55,981 nucleotides of DNA, taken from contig CAMYZY010000001.1 in assembly GCA_947304075.1 (NCBI GenBank), positions 1 to 55,981 of the forward strand, read 5' to 3'. This DNA comes from an uncultured Candidatus Saccharibacteria bacterium (lineage in GTDB: Bacteria; Patescibacteriota; Saccharimonadia; Saccharimonadales; Saccharimonadaceae). The notes beneath the pieces are model-generated. The model saw only the letters and a program-made list of their open reading frames with translations. It was not told the origin of the DNA and made no database searches. Every line of letters begins with the position of its first letter. The first letter of the stretch is position 1. A program made the position numbers and the translations under genes. Below are positions 19,388 through 29,777 of the stretch, piece by piece.

Positions 19388-20554
19388 TTAAAAATGGATA
19401 TAATTGTATTGCCAAACTTCATTCGCCGAAATTGTTCTAGCACCAAAATCACCATAATGCATGCTACCAGAATAAAGGTAAGTAGCATAGGCGTTATTAT
19501 ATTCTGTCACATTAATCGAGCCATCACCGTTCACGCTCTCTACCCAGAATACATGACCATAAGGATATCCATCAACTTGTCCAATCGTATTAGGTGCTGG
19601 AGTCTTATTCACAACATAACCAGCTGCCCTTGCGCCATCATCCCATGAATAAGCATTACCCCAACCAATCGCAACACCCGCATATTCATAAGCCTTCCAA
19701 CCAGCGTAGCTCACACACTCACAAACATATCCACCAATCTTATGCCAACCATAAGCATCTTCCCAGTAAGTCAAATACGCATCTTGCCTACCAGGGCAAT
19801 CAGCCTGCCAAGGATAAGTATTCGCACCCGAATAAGCCGAACCACGATAAAGCTCTGGGTGAGCTTCCTGTTCTGCTTTTTCTGCTTCACGTTGCGCAAT
19901 CTGGGCAGCCTTTGCTTCTTCGGCGTAAGCCTCGGCATCATTCTCGTACTTAGCCACTAGACTTTGCTGTTCACTTCTTTTCGCAAGTAAACTTTCCCGT
20001 GCCGTTTTTTGTTGCTCTAACAAAGTCTCAACTTCCGCTTTATCTGCTTCAAGTTTTTCCTTTGCCTGTTTCACCGCAGTTGCCGAAATACTAATTTGTT
20101 CCTTTACTACTTCGCTTCTAGCTGTCTTTTCTGCAAGATCAGAAATCGAATTTGCCCCAGCCAAAATCCTAATCGGTTCCGAATCCGATTCGAAATGCAT
20201 ATTAATTAAAAGTTCCGCCAAAGCCTCTTGTTCTTCAAGTAGCTTCGCTTCTTTTATCGCAATTTGCTTCTTTAATTCCTTAATCTCAACTTCGGTCTGG
20301 ACAATCTCAGCTTCTTTACCAGCAATTTCCGCAGTTAATTCATTAACTCGAGCTTGATATGCATTCGCTGAGCTCGCTGCCCGCGCCGCATTCTCCGTCG
20401 CTTGCTTTTCTTTTTCTACCGCTTCACGACAAGCCGCCGAGTTTTGGCAAGCCTTAGAAATAGCCCCCACATGGCTAAAACTAGAAAAAATATTCAAAAA
20501 TACACCAAGAACTAATACTATAATTAGAAATTTCTTCTTTCTAAGTATTACCAT
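19388..20554 (-). CDS. PcsB-like coiled-coil + CHAP peptidoglycan hydrolase
   Basis: Signal peptide, long coiled coil, ECVSY..W, WGNA..W, GHVFWVESV; follows ftsEX. Confidence 0.88.
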   Translation of the reverse strand: MVILRKKKFLIIVLVLGVFLNIFSSFSHVGAISKACQNSAACREAVEKEKQATENAARAASSANAYQARVNELTAEIAGKEAEIVQTEVEIKELKKQIAIKEAKLLEEQEALAELLINMHFESDSEPIRILAGANSISDLAEKTARSEVVKEQISISATAVKQAKEKLEADKAEVETLLEQQKTARESLLAKRSEQQSLVAKYENDAEAYAEEAKAAQIAQREAEKAEQEAHPELYRGSAYSGANTYPWQADCPGRQDAYLTYWEDAYGWHKIGGYVCECVSYAGWKAYEYAGVAIGWGNAYSWDDGARAAGYVVNKTPAPNTIGQVDGYPYGHVFWVESVNGDGSINVTEYNNAYATYLYSGSMHYGDFGARTISANEVWQYNYIHF

Positions 20555-20573
20555 AACTACATTGTAGCATATT

Positions 20574-21614
20574 TTAGGATTTATTCAAATACTTCGAGAC
20601 AGCTAGTCTAGCCGACAATCTGCCAATGATGATTCCAAGACCAATAAACACCAAATAAACCAGTATTAATTTGTTTGATTCCAAAATATTAGTGATTGCC
20701 GTTACATCGATTCCATAACTCGCTAGTCTTGGCGCCATAAATTCAAATCCGAAATAAGAAACTGTTGCAGCGATAAGACCAGCGATTAGCCCGCAAATCT
20801 CTGCTTCAACCAAAAACGGCCCACGAATAAAGCTTTTTTCCGCTCCTACCAGCTTCATCATATATATTTCTTCGCGTCGCGAGAAAATCGCCATCCTAAT
20901 TGTCGAAAAAATTATCAAAATTGATATCACAAGGAACACCGCAGCCAGTATAATACCACCAGTTCTAGCAATCCTTGCCCAAGAAGTAATCGTTGCGATT
21001 TCCGCCTGATTCACATCGTAAGTCGGCGCCTTTTCTTTATCAACATAAAACTTAAAATCTTCATCTTCTTCAACAATTTTCTTAATACTCGACAAATCAT
21101 CAACATCATAAACTTTAACCCGCATCGTCCCCTGCATCTTTGCAATCATCAAAGCCTTCATCTCGTCATCAAGAATGTTTATTATTTCGTCACTACCTTC
21201 ATTCTCTGCCAAAAACTTCGCATATTCTTCTTCGGAATTCGATATTTCAACCGATTTCACATTAGAATCACTTTTAATCTTAGTGTCGAGCTCCGAAAGA
21301 ACCTGCTCACTTAATCCCGGCTTCAAATAAATCGTAATATCGATTTTGTCTTTCATCATTTCTGCCGTGCTAGTTAAAATCACGCTCGCTACCACCGTCA
21401 CAAACAGAATAATCAAAGTAATTGCCATCACCACGGTCGCAGCAGTAGACAGCCAAATATTACGCCCAAAACCTTTCGCACCGTATTTCACAATTCTTGA
21501 CTGATTGCGAATCGGATGATGCTGTTTTGTACGCTGCATCGTCCTTAAGCTCTTCTTGGTAACTCTTTTTAGCTTCTTTTCTTTTCCAACTTTCTTTTCT
21601 TCCGTCTCCGCCAT
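20574..21614 (-). CDS. ftsX: Cell division permease FtsX
   Basis: 4 TM helices; TIRMAIFSRREEIYMMKLVGA..FIRGPF. Confidence 0.95.
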   Translation of the reverse strand: MAETEEKKVGKEKKLKRVTKKSLRTMQRTKQHHPIRNQSRIVKYGAKGFGRNIWLSTAATVVMAITLIILFVTVVASVILTSTAEMMKDKIDITIYLKPGLSEQVLSELDTKIKSDSNVKSVEISNSEEEYAKFLAENEGSDEIINILDDEMKALMIAKMQGTMRVKVYDVDDLSSIKKIVEEDEDFKFYVDKEKAPTYDVNQAEIATITSWARIARTGGIILAAVFLVISILIIFSTIRMAIFSRREEIYMMKLVGAEKSFIRGPFLVEAEICGLIAGLIAATVSYFGFEFMAPRLASYGIDVTAITNILESNKLILVYLVFIGLGIIIGRLSARLAVSKYLNKS

Positions 21615-21615
21615 A

Positions 21616-22419
21616 TTAAATCACCTTTCTCCTTTGCGGCCTAGTCTGACTAGGAGCTTGCCCAGCCACCGCAGACTGACGTTTTAAAGCATGCCCCGGC
21701 ATCTGCACAACCCGAGCCGGCGTCGGAGTTCCATCTAGCTTATAAATACCATTATTCTTTTGATCGCTTATTATCTTACCATCTCTCATCGTGACCACAC
21801 GTTTTTGCAAATTATTTACAATGTTTTCATTATGAGTCGTAACTAAAATCGTCGTGCCAAAATCATTAATCTTCTTGAGCAGTTGAATAATTTCCTGTGT
21901 CGTCAATTTATCCAAATTAGCCGTCGGCTCATCGGCAATCAAAATCTTTGGCTGTCTTGCTACAGAACGTGCAATCGAAACTCTTTGTTGCTGCCCACCA
22001 GACAATTGATGCGGAAATTTTTTTGCTTGGTCTAATAAATCAACTAGTTCCAACACTTTCGGTACAGTCCGACGAATTTCTTTCCCGCTCATACCAGCGA
22101 TTTCAAGTGCAAAAGCTACATTCTCATATACCGTACGCCTTGGCAACAACTTAAAATCCTGAAATACTACACCAAGTCGCCTACGGTATCCAGGTATATG
22201 GCGTTTCTTTACATAATCAAGATCAATTCCACCAATAATAATCTTACCAGAATCCGGATTTTCTTCCTTGGTAATCATTTTCATTAAAGTCGACTTGCCA
22301 GCACCAGATTTACCAACCAAAAACACGAACTCATTCGGTTCAATATGTAAAGACACGGAATCAAGAGCAGGCTTATCATCACCCGGGTATTTCTTTGTTA
22401 CCGAATCAAGTAATATCAT
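21616..22419 (-). CDS. ftsE: Cell division ATP-binding protein FtsE
   Basis: GKSGAGKST, GVVFQDFKLL, LSGGQQQRV, ADEPT. Confidence 0.95.
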   Translation of the reverse strand: MILLDSVTKKYPGDDKPALDSVSLHIEPNEFVFLVGKSGAGKSTLMKMITKEENPDSGKIIIGGIDLDYVKKRHIPGYRRRLGVVFQDFKLLPRRTVYENVAFALEIAGMSGKEIRRTVPKVLELVDLLDQAKKFPHQLSGGQQQRVSIARSVARQPKILIADEPTANLDKLTTQEIIQLLKKINDFGTTILVTTHNENIVNNLQKRVVTMRDGKIISDQKNNGIYKLDGTPTPARVVQMPGHALKRQSAVAGQAPSQTRPQRRKVI

Positions 22420-22458
22420 AACCTAATATTAACACAAACGGTTTGACTTTTGCAAGTT

Positions 22459-24771
22459 TTAATCAATTTTTGACCTGATATGGAAAGTAATATTTCTATC
22501 TTTTTGGCCTTCAGCCTGATAAATCGTGCCCGGAGTAATGATACTATCTGGATAGTCCTTTCGCACTTTCTTCAAAGCATCATCATACGATTCCGTTGTT
22601 GTTACAGTTAAATCTTCATCGTTATATTCAGCTAATGATATTGTCTTTTTCCTTGAAGCGTATTTCATAATCACATCAAAATCAATTTCAAAGCCAGCTA
22701 GATACGGTGCCAGTTTAAACGCATTCCTTACCGAATTCTTAAATTCGCCCACCACACCTAAGTATTCACCATTCACAAATACTTCCGCCGAACGTTTCGG
22801 CTCAAATGGCCGCGCTTCCGCTGTGTCATGAATTAGCGAAATAAACTCGCCTTTAAGCCCAAACTCTTCCAAAACCTTCGCCAAATATTTCTTCGCCATA
22901 TAGTAAGCAGTACCTGTACCTTTACGTTCCGCAATCACCAGACCAAATGATAGTTTTTCAAACGGAACACCATCTTTATCGAGTTTAAACTCTTTTCGAT
23001 AAATCTTATTAATCTCATAGATTGCAAACTTTTCAACCGGCAATTTTTCATTCTTGTAAGCTTTGTCCAGTAAACTTGGTACTAGCGACTGACGAATAAA
23101 CTGAAGTTCCGGTGAAATCGAATTTACAATGCGATACGAATTATTTAAATCTTGTCCGGCTTTTTCGAGTAATTTACTACTCACAAAACTATAAGTAAGA
23201 AGTTCATTCGCTCCAAGTCTAAGCAAAAGATTCCTTGCAATTTTCTTAGTCTCAAGCCAATTATTTGGAGTCGACGTTGAATGTAATGGCAAAGTCAAAT
23301 CAATATTATCATATCCAAGCAAACGTCCAACTTCTTCAATAACATCTTCCTTAATATGAATATCAGTTCGCCATTCCGGCACCACAATACTTAACTCTTC
23401 CCTAAATTTCTTTACTACAAAACCAACGTTACTTAACGTTTTGATGATCAAATCCCTATCATATTTCGTCCCCAGCAAAGCATTAATCTCTTGTGTTGTA
23501 ATTTTTACAACAATTTCTTTACTTGGTTTCGGATATTCATCCGCCTTGCCAAAAACTCTAAATCCATTAGTAAGCATCCTGGCACATAAATTCGCCACTG
23601 TCATTGTTTGATAGGCTGGCTGGCCCTTCGTAAACCTCGTAATAGCTTCTGAAAAAATCCCATGTGCCATCTGCGTTTTACGCAAATTATACAAACTAAA
23701 TGTCGCACTCTCGATAATAATATTTCGGGTGTTCTCATCAATCATGGTTGACTTGCCCCCCATCGCCCCAGCTAGTGCAACCGGAGTGTCATTAGAACAA
23801 ATCACAATATCACTCTCATTTAATTGAACTTCCGTGTCGTCGAGCAATGTAATTTTTTCACCATCCTTAGCTAAACGCACAACAATACGGGCCTTGTCAC
23901 TTTTTCCAGCTTCCAAAAACTTATCATAATCAAATGCATGTAGCGGTTGCCCAGTTAAAAGCATCAAATAATTAGTCGCATCCACAATCGGACTAATTGG
24001 TTTCATGCCAGATTTAGATAGTACTGTATCTTGCCAAGACAAATATTTCTTTTGAAGTTCACCATGTTTCTCAAGAAGCAAAGCACTATATCTACTACAA
24101 ATGTTTGAATCTTCGATAGAAACCGAAACCGGTTCATTAATTGATAATTCAAAACCAACTGGTTTAAAATCTGGCTCAATAAACTTTTCACCCAATATAC
24201 CCGCAACTTCTCTTGCAAATCCAACGATGCCAAAACAATCAGGCCGATGCGTTAATGATTTATTCTCAATCTCCAGCACTAAATCATTTAATTCAAAAAT
24301 ATCCGCCAGTAAATCACCTGGCTTTGCAAGTTCTGGCTCAATCTCCACAATTCCACTATGATCATCACCAAAATCTAATTCATCCGCTCCCGCCAACATA
24401 CCACAAGATTCAAAACCTTGCATTTTACGCTTACCAATGGTAAATGGCGCATCTTCTTTTGCCGAAGCCGGCACTATCGCTCCCGGCGCAATCCAAACCG
24501 CCATCATCCCTTCGTGCACATTTGGCGCACCACACACCACTTGTACTAACTCAGGACCACCAGCGTTAATTTGACAAACCGTCAAATGTGTATTTGGAAT
24601 CTTCTCACAAGACTCTACTCGTACAACATAAATCGAATCATACTTATGAGTTTCATTAATCACGCCTTCAACTTCAACTAGCCTTGCCCCAATCAATCTA
24701 ATTAGCTCATCATCAGAAACATTATTCGGAATCTTAACATATTTTTTTAACCAATTTAATGATATTTTCAT
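22459..24771 (-). CDS. pheT: Phenylalanine--tRNA ligase beta subunit
   Basis: MKISLNWLK, VVCGAPN, HRPDC, R.DI...ED.IEEV.R..GY. Confidence 0.96.
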   Translation of the reverse strand: MKISLNWLKKYVKIPNNVSDDELIRLIGARLVEVEGVINETHKYDSIYVVRVESCEKIPNTHLTVCQINAGGPELVQVVCGAPNVHEGMMAVWIAPGAIVPASAKEDAPFTIGKRKMQGFESCGMLAGADELDFGDDHSGIVEIEPELAKPGDLLADIFELNDLVLEIENKSLTHRPDCFGIVGFAREVAGILGEKFIEPDFKPVGFELSINEPVSVSIEDSNICSRYSALLLEKHGELQKKYLSWQDTVLSKSGMKPISPIVDATNYLMLLTGQPLHAFDYDKFLEAGKSDKARIVVRLAKDGEKITLLDDTEVQLNESDIVICSNDTPVALAGAMGGKSTMIDENTRNIIIESATFSLYNLRKTQMAHGIFSEAITRFTKGQPAYQTMTVANLCARMLTNGFRVFGKADEYPKPSKEIVVKITTQEINALLGTKYDRDLIIKTLSNVGFVVKKFREELSIVVPEWRTDIHIKEDVIEEVGRLLGYDNIDLTLPLHSTSTPNNWLETKKIARNLLLRLGANELLTYSFVSSKLLEKAGQDLNNSYRIVNSISPELQFIRQSLVPSLLDKAYKNEKLPVEKFAIYEINKIYRKEFKLDKDGVPFEKLSFGLVIAERKGTGTAYYMAKKYLAKVLEEFGLKGEFISLIHDTAEARPFEPKRSAEVFVNGEYLGVVGEFKNSVRNAFKLAPYLAGFEIDFDVIMKYASRKKTISLAEYNDEDLTVTTTESYDDALKKVRKDYPDSIITPGTIYQAEGQKDRNITFHIRSKID

Positions 24772-25728
24772 TTAAAACTCCCTTAGAAACTTTAAATTAC
24801 CACTTTCAAAATATCTCACGTCATCTAGACCATACCTAAGCATTACCAGCCTATCAATACCACCGCCCCACGCAAAACCATGATACTTCTCTGGATCAAT
24901 TCCGGCCATTTTAAGTACGTTTGGATGAATCATCCCACAGCCCAGCATTTCCAAGTAATCGCCTTTTTTACCACCAAGAGACTTTGGCTTCTCAATCATA
25001 AATTCAAGCGAAGGTTCCGTAAATGGGAAATACCCTGGCTGCGTTCTAATGTTTAATTTTTGCTCATAGTATTTCTCAAAGAATTCTCTTAGAATCCCGA
25101 GCATATTGCTCATCGAACAATCTTCTGACACATATACGCCTTCACACTGATAAAAAGTATGCTCATGTGTTGCGTCCACATCTTCATTACGAAACACTCT
25201 ACCAGGTACCACAACAGCAATCTCTCGCCCAGCTTCCAAATTTTTGCGGTACTCTTTTAATACTCGGTGTTGCATTGTAGAAGTATGTGCTGGCGGAATA
25301 AAGCCTTCTTCAGTTCGAAAAGTATCATAACCGTCTCTCGCTGGATGTTCTTTAGCAAAGTTCAAAGAATCAAACATATGATACTCATCGTCTAACTGCC
25401 TTGCTTCAACTACATCAAACCCCATCATTTGATAAATTTCAACCACACGATCAAACTCAGCCATCAAAGGATGTAAAGACCCCATCTCGGTTGGATAAAA
25501 CTCCGGCATCGGCTCGTTAACGCCAGACCAAGCCGTAATATCAATCGGCTCAACCGCAGTATCTAGCATCGCTCGCTCAACTTCAGATATTTTTTCCAAT
25601 ATTTCCTGACGCCTAGCATTAACCTTTTTACCAAAATCCGCCCGTTTCTCCACCGGGAGCTCACGAATTTTAGCCGCCTCGTTATTGATTCTTTTTAATT
25701 CTTGTTTTAGATTATCAATTTCCAACAT
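24772..25728 (-). CDS. pheS: Phenylalanine--tRNA ligase alpha subunit
   Basis: HPARD..DTF, GRVFRNE..DATH, YFPFTEPS, G.GMIHPNV. Confidence 0.97.
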   Translation of the reverse strand: MLEIDNLKQELKRINNEAAKIRELPVEKRADFGKKVNARRQEILEKISEVERAMLDTAVEPIDITAWSGVNEPMPEFYPTEMGSLHPLMAEFDRVVEIYQMMGFDVVEARQLDDEYHMFDSLNFAKEHPARDGYDTFRTEEGFIPPAHTSTMQHRVLKEYRKNLEAGREIAVVVPGRVFRNEDVDATHEHTFYQCEGVYVSEDCSMSNMLGILREFFEKYYEQKLNIRTQPGYFPFTEPSLEFMIEKPKSLGGKKGDYLEMLGCGMIHPNVLKMAGIDPEKYHGFAWGGGIDRLVMLRYGLDDVRYFESGNLKFLREF

Positions 25729-25753
25729 AGATAATATATATTATATCATAATT

Positions 25754-25981
25754 CTAAATCAGAATAATTGATATCAAAGATATTATCGCAAGTATGATTA
25801 ACACCGCCCAAATCCAACCAAATGAACTTGTCTTTTTCAAATCTTTTAAATATTCCGCATCTTCAGACAAATCCACATCATTTTCTTTGGCGGTCTTTAC
25901 AGCGCGTTCTTTAAGATCGGCATTAATCCTTTTTGACAATTCATCATTTTGGTCAGTTTGTTTATTTACAATTACACCCAT
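25754..25981 (-). CDS. Small protein with C-terminal TM anchor, hypothetical
   Basis: Charged N-terminus plus C-terminal hydrophobic helix; AGGA before ATG 25981 and TGATATAAT upstream. Confidence 0.65.
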   Translation of the reverse strand: MGVIVNKQTDQNDELSKRINADLKERAVKTAKENDVDLSEDAEYLKDLKKTSSFGWIWAVLIILAIISLISIILI

Positions 25982-26065
25982 ATTTTTTCCTAAATAAATT
26001 AATAACTTCTTCATTATATCATAATAATGTGGTATAATTAAACAAATATTATTTAAGGAGGAATA

Positions 26066-27004
26066 ATGGCGACCAAAAAGTCGAAATCATCGAACAAGTC
26101 TACCAAGGCCAAATCGACCAAACCAAAAACTGCCGCAAAGTCTGTCAGTAAGTCAGCACTCGAGGCTCCTAAAACCAAATCCGAGCAATCAGCCAAGCGC
26201 GAAGTTGTTTCTTCCACCAAAAAGAAATCATGCTTCTCAGGATTCTTTGCTCGCAAATACGAAGAAAAAGAAAGTATCCTAACGGTATTTAAGTGCCACA
26301 AATTCTACGGCGCCCTGCTAGGAGAAGTCATTGGTACCATGCTTCTTGCATTACTATTCTTCTCACTATCGTTAATGGGCATCGCCAGCACGGCAACTTA
26401 CAGCTTTGCGCTCATCGCTGTGCTCATTGCTATCTATGCATTTTCTGGTGCCTGTTTAAACCCAGCCATTACCGTAGGTATGATGGCTAGCCGACGCATA
26501 TCAGTCATACGTGGCATCATGTACATCATCGCCGAAGTTATCGGTGCCTGGCTTGGATGGCTCATCTTCAACGCCTTCCATCTAACTGGTGGCGAAACTG
26601 CCTATGATATCCCAACGATGTCTGCAATCGCCGAAAATGGCATGTGGATCGCGACAATGGTTGAACTTCTCGGTGCAATCATTATTGCATTCTTCTTTTC
26701 ACGTGCTCTCAAATACAAGCGCAGTGTATTTACCTTCGCAGCGGTCATTGCTGGTGGTATGGCTCTAGCTATCGTCTTAGGTTACGTTGTTTCTGCAGCT
26801 TTCCTAAGCCTAAACAACAACTTCATCTTCAACCCAGCAATCGCTATGATGCTTCAAATCTTCCCAACATCTGGCGAAAACTTCGGTGAAATCTTAGGCG
26901 GTATCTGCCAAGCTCTATCGATTTATGCCATCTTCCCAATGATTGGTGGCGTCATCGGTTTCTACCTATCAGACTTCACTTCAAAATTGTCTGGTGAAGA
27001 ATAA
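26066..27004 (+). CDS. MIP/aquaporin family channel with Lys/Ser-rich N-tail
   Basis: SGACLNPA and FNPA motifs, ~6 TM helices; AAGGAGG SD and TGGTATAAT upstream. Confidence 0.88.
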   Translation: MATKKSKSSNKSTKAKSTKPKTAAKSVSKSALEAPKTKSEQSAKREVVSSTKKKSCFSGFFARKYEEKESILTVFKCHKFYGALLGEVIGTMLLALLFFSLSLMGIASTATYSFALIAVLIAIYAFSGACLNPAITVGMMASRRISVIRGIMYIIAEVIGAWLGWLIFNAFHLTGGETAYDIPTMSAIAENGMWIATMVELLGAIIIAFFFSRALKYKRSVFTFAAVIAGGMALAIVLGYVVSAAFLSLNNNFIFNPAIAMMLQIFPTSGENFGEILGGICQALSIYAIFPMIGGVIGFYLSDFTSKLSGEE

Positions 27005-27012
27005 AATTCAAT

Positions 27013-27044
27013 AAAAATAACCCCCGTTTAAAGGGGTTATTTTT
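27013..27044. terminator. Bidirectional terminator between convergent aquaporin and metG
   Basis: AAAAATAACCCC/GGGGTTATTTTT. Confidence 0.8.
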
Positions 27045-28465
27045 TATCTTTCTTTTGGAAACAGCGGAGTTTTAGGCGGATGTATTTCGCCTTCAAATAT
27101 ATCAATTATCTTTTCCGACGCATTAGGCAAAAACGGCATTAGTTCATAAACTAAATCAACTAAACTATTAATTAGACCTTTCAGGCATTCTTCTAATTCT
27201 TCCGTTTCACCATTTTTGGCTAAACTCCAAGGCTTTTCATCATCAATTCGTTTATTTAAACCTTGAATCTTTTCCCATACATAGTCAAAGGCCTTAGAAA
27301 ACTCAAAATTATCCATCAACTCACAGTACTCTGCTGATAATCCAGCCCTATCTCTATCATCCAGTATGATATGATTCTTTTCCGCTAGCGTTGCTAGTCT
27401 CTGCACTAAGTTACCTAAATCATTCGCTAGCTCATTATTATACGCATCATTATATTTATCCCAAGTAAAATCCGAATCAGCAAAAGTATCAATGTGTCTT
27501 AAGAAATAATATCTAAAAGCGTCCAAACCATATTTATCAAGCACTTCAATCGGATCCACAACATTTCCAATAGATTTAGACATCTTCTGTCCATCACAAA
27601 GCACCATACCGTGTGAGACCAACGTACTAGGCAAAGGAAGCTCTAAACCAAGCAGCATCGCCGGCCAAATCACCGCGTGAAATCTTAAAATATCTTTACC
27701 AACAAATTGTGCATTTGCTGGCCACCACTCAGCAAAATCCAACGCTTCCGGAAATCCCAAAATCGTAATATAATTTGAAAGCGCATCGAGCCAAACATAC
27801 ATCACTTGCGAATCATCGTCTGGCACCGGAACACCCCAACTTAGTTGTGAAACCGGTCGCGAAATCGAAACATCTGGCGATTCGTCTAATAATTTAAGTA
27901 TTTCTTTTTTTCTAAAATCCGGCAATATTTTCATCTCATCGGATTCTATTGCTTCGCTGATTCTTTTCTTAAAATCACTAATTCTAAAATAATAATTCTC
28001 TTCTTCTAGCTTTTCATACGGTTTCTGATGATCCGGACAAACACCATCGTTTTCGTCATATTCTTTTTGCGTGATATATCTCTCACAACCAGTACAATAC
28101 CAGCCTTCATATTTATCTTTATAAATATGGTCTTTTAGACGTAGCCAAATTTCTTGCGCTCTTTTTTCGTGCTCATCATCCGTCGTTCTTACAAAATCAG
28201 TATAAGAAACATTTAATTTACTTATAAAATCTTTAAACTATTCCGAATTATTCTATACATATTCTTCAACTGGTATGTTTAATTCTTTTGCTTTTTGTGC
28301 GATTTTATTACCATGTTCGTCTGTACCTACCTGAAACCTAACTTCATTTCCCTTTGCTCTTTGATATCTCGCATAACAATCCGCCAAACAATAATCCATC
28401 GCATGCCCAATGTGCGGATTTCCATTTACATAAGGTATAGCCGTCGTAATATAAATCTTTTCCAT
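27044..28465 (-). CDS. metG: Methionine--tRNA ligase interrupted by two in-frame TAG codons (28253-28255, 28238-28240)
   Basis: Single frame of 474 codons: HIGH, GTDEHG, RTTD, YCTGCE..CPDH knuckle, [20 protein letters not shown]; readthrough vs error vs pseudogene unresolved. Confidence 0.9.
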
Positions 28466-28494
28466 AAAAATATTTTACAATATTTTACCAAACA

Positions 28495-28522
28495 AAACAA
28501 GTTGCCAAACGGCAACTTGTTT
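28495..28522 (-). terminator. Intrinsic terminator
   Basis: AAACAAGTTGCC/GGCAACTTGTTT. Confidence 0.75.
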
Positions 28523-28537
28523 ACATATCTTTTTAAC

Positions 28538-29698
28538 CTAATCCGCTTCACAAGTAAACTTTATCGTACTACCACTATTTAAACCTTCTTGGAGTCGAGT
28601 GCTAAACACGCTTGGAATAATCGACAAAGTTTTATTTGTGTCAAAATCATCCTTATATGTCGTTGGATAATATTTACTCAAGAATTCTTCATATTCAATC
28701 GTAGTTGGATCCGACTTTGTAGTTTCATTGGTCGTAGGATTATCTACAATCTCCGAAAAAGTAAAACTATAAAATTTGCTGTTTTCAACTAAAGCAACAT
28801 AGATTTTAGTCGTCGTCTCACCCGAATCAGCTGTAGTTCTAGCACTACAAGAAACAGTATAATTCGCCTTCGTAGTTGTACCACTTTCCGTGCTATTAGC
28901 CGTATTATCTGTTACCCCACCGCCATAATCTTCTTGCGTAGAATTAGAGTTAGGATTTATAGTTGATGAATTTGAAGAATTACTACTAGAATTAGAGTTA
29001 GAGTTAGAGCCTGAGCCACCTGAGCCAGAATTATTGGTACCCGGTTCTAAAAACTGAAACACAAATACACCAACGAGTGCAAGAATAATAATCAAAGCTA
29101 CTACAATCAAGGCAATCAAAGTAGACTTGCTAGATTTCTTTTTCACCGGCTGAGCCGCAACAGCTGGGTTAGCGTTCACATCAGGTTGCATAGCAGGATC
29201 AGTAAAAGATACATTAGGAGTTTGGGATTGTGCAAATGTGTTCACTACTTGCTCATTCCCAGCAGGTTGGGCAGCTGGCATTTCGGCCGGCCCAGAAACC
29301 GCAGAACCAATCGAGCCAGGAACTGGAGCTGCAGCTTTCATCGGAGCTTTCAATTCTTCTTCAATTGGATCCGGTGCCTTTGGCTGTTCTGGCATCATAA
29401 TCGGATCGGTGGCTGCCATACCTACTCCAGCTGGTTTAAAAGCTGGGTTTGCCGGCGCCGGACTCACGGGATTAACCACAGGATTGACAGGTTGAGTTGG
29501 CGCTGGTGGATTAATAGTTGGCGCATTTAAATCTACTGGTTGAGCTGGCGCAGCTGGCATAGCTGGACTAACTGGCGCAGCGTTATTAGCCGGTTGAACA
29601 GGATTCGCACCCACACCGGCAATCGGACCTGGCTCCGGGTTTGGTACCGGATTTGGTACCGGATTTGGAGTTGGCGTCGGATTGTTCATTGGATCCAT
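28538..29698 (-). CDS. Pro/Ala-rich single-pass membrane protein, hypothetical
   Basis: ~185 aa Pro-rich N-terminus with NPVP repeats, KKK plus TM helix, Ser/Asn linker, C-terminal domain with 2 Cys. Confidence 0.8.
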   Translation of the reverse strand: MDPMNNPTPTPNPVPNPVPNPEPGPIAGVGANPVQPANNAAPVSPAMPAAPAQPVDLNAPTINPPAPTQPVNPVVNPVSPAPANPAFKPAGVGMAATDPIMMPEQPKAPDPIEEELKAPMKAAAPVPGSIGSAVSGPAEMPAAQPAGNEQVVNTFAQSQTPNVSFTDPAMQPDVNANPAVAAQPVKKKSSKSTLIALIVVALIIILALVGVFVFQFLEPGTNNSGSGGSGSNSNSNSSSNSSNSSTINPNSNSTQEDYGGGVTDNTANSTESGTTTKANYTVSCSARTTADSGETTTKIYVALVENSKFYSFTFSEIVDNPTTNETTKSDPTTIEYEEFLSKYYPTTYKDDFDTNKTLSIIPSVFSTRLQEGLNSGSTIKFTCEAD

Positions 29699-29777
29699 TT
29701 TCTTTTTCCTTATTAATTATTTAATTACTTATAACTATAAGCACATTATATCATATTTGCAAATATTTAAACAATAA

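Noticed and set aside
27044..28465. Naturally split MetRS or programmed frameshift
   Set aside because: Both parts are in the same frame and the intervening segment is conserved coding sequence; the interruption is by stop codons
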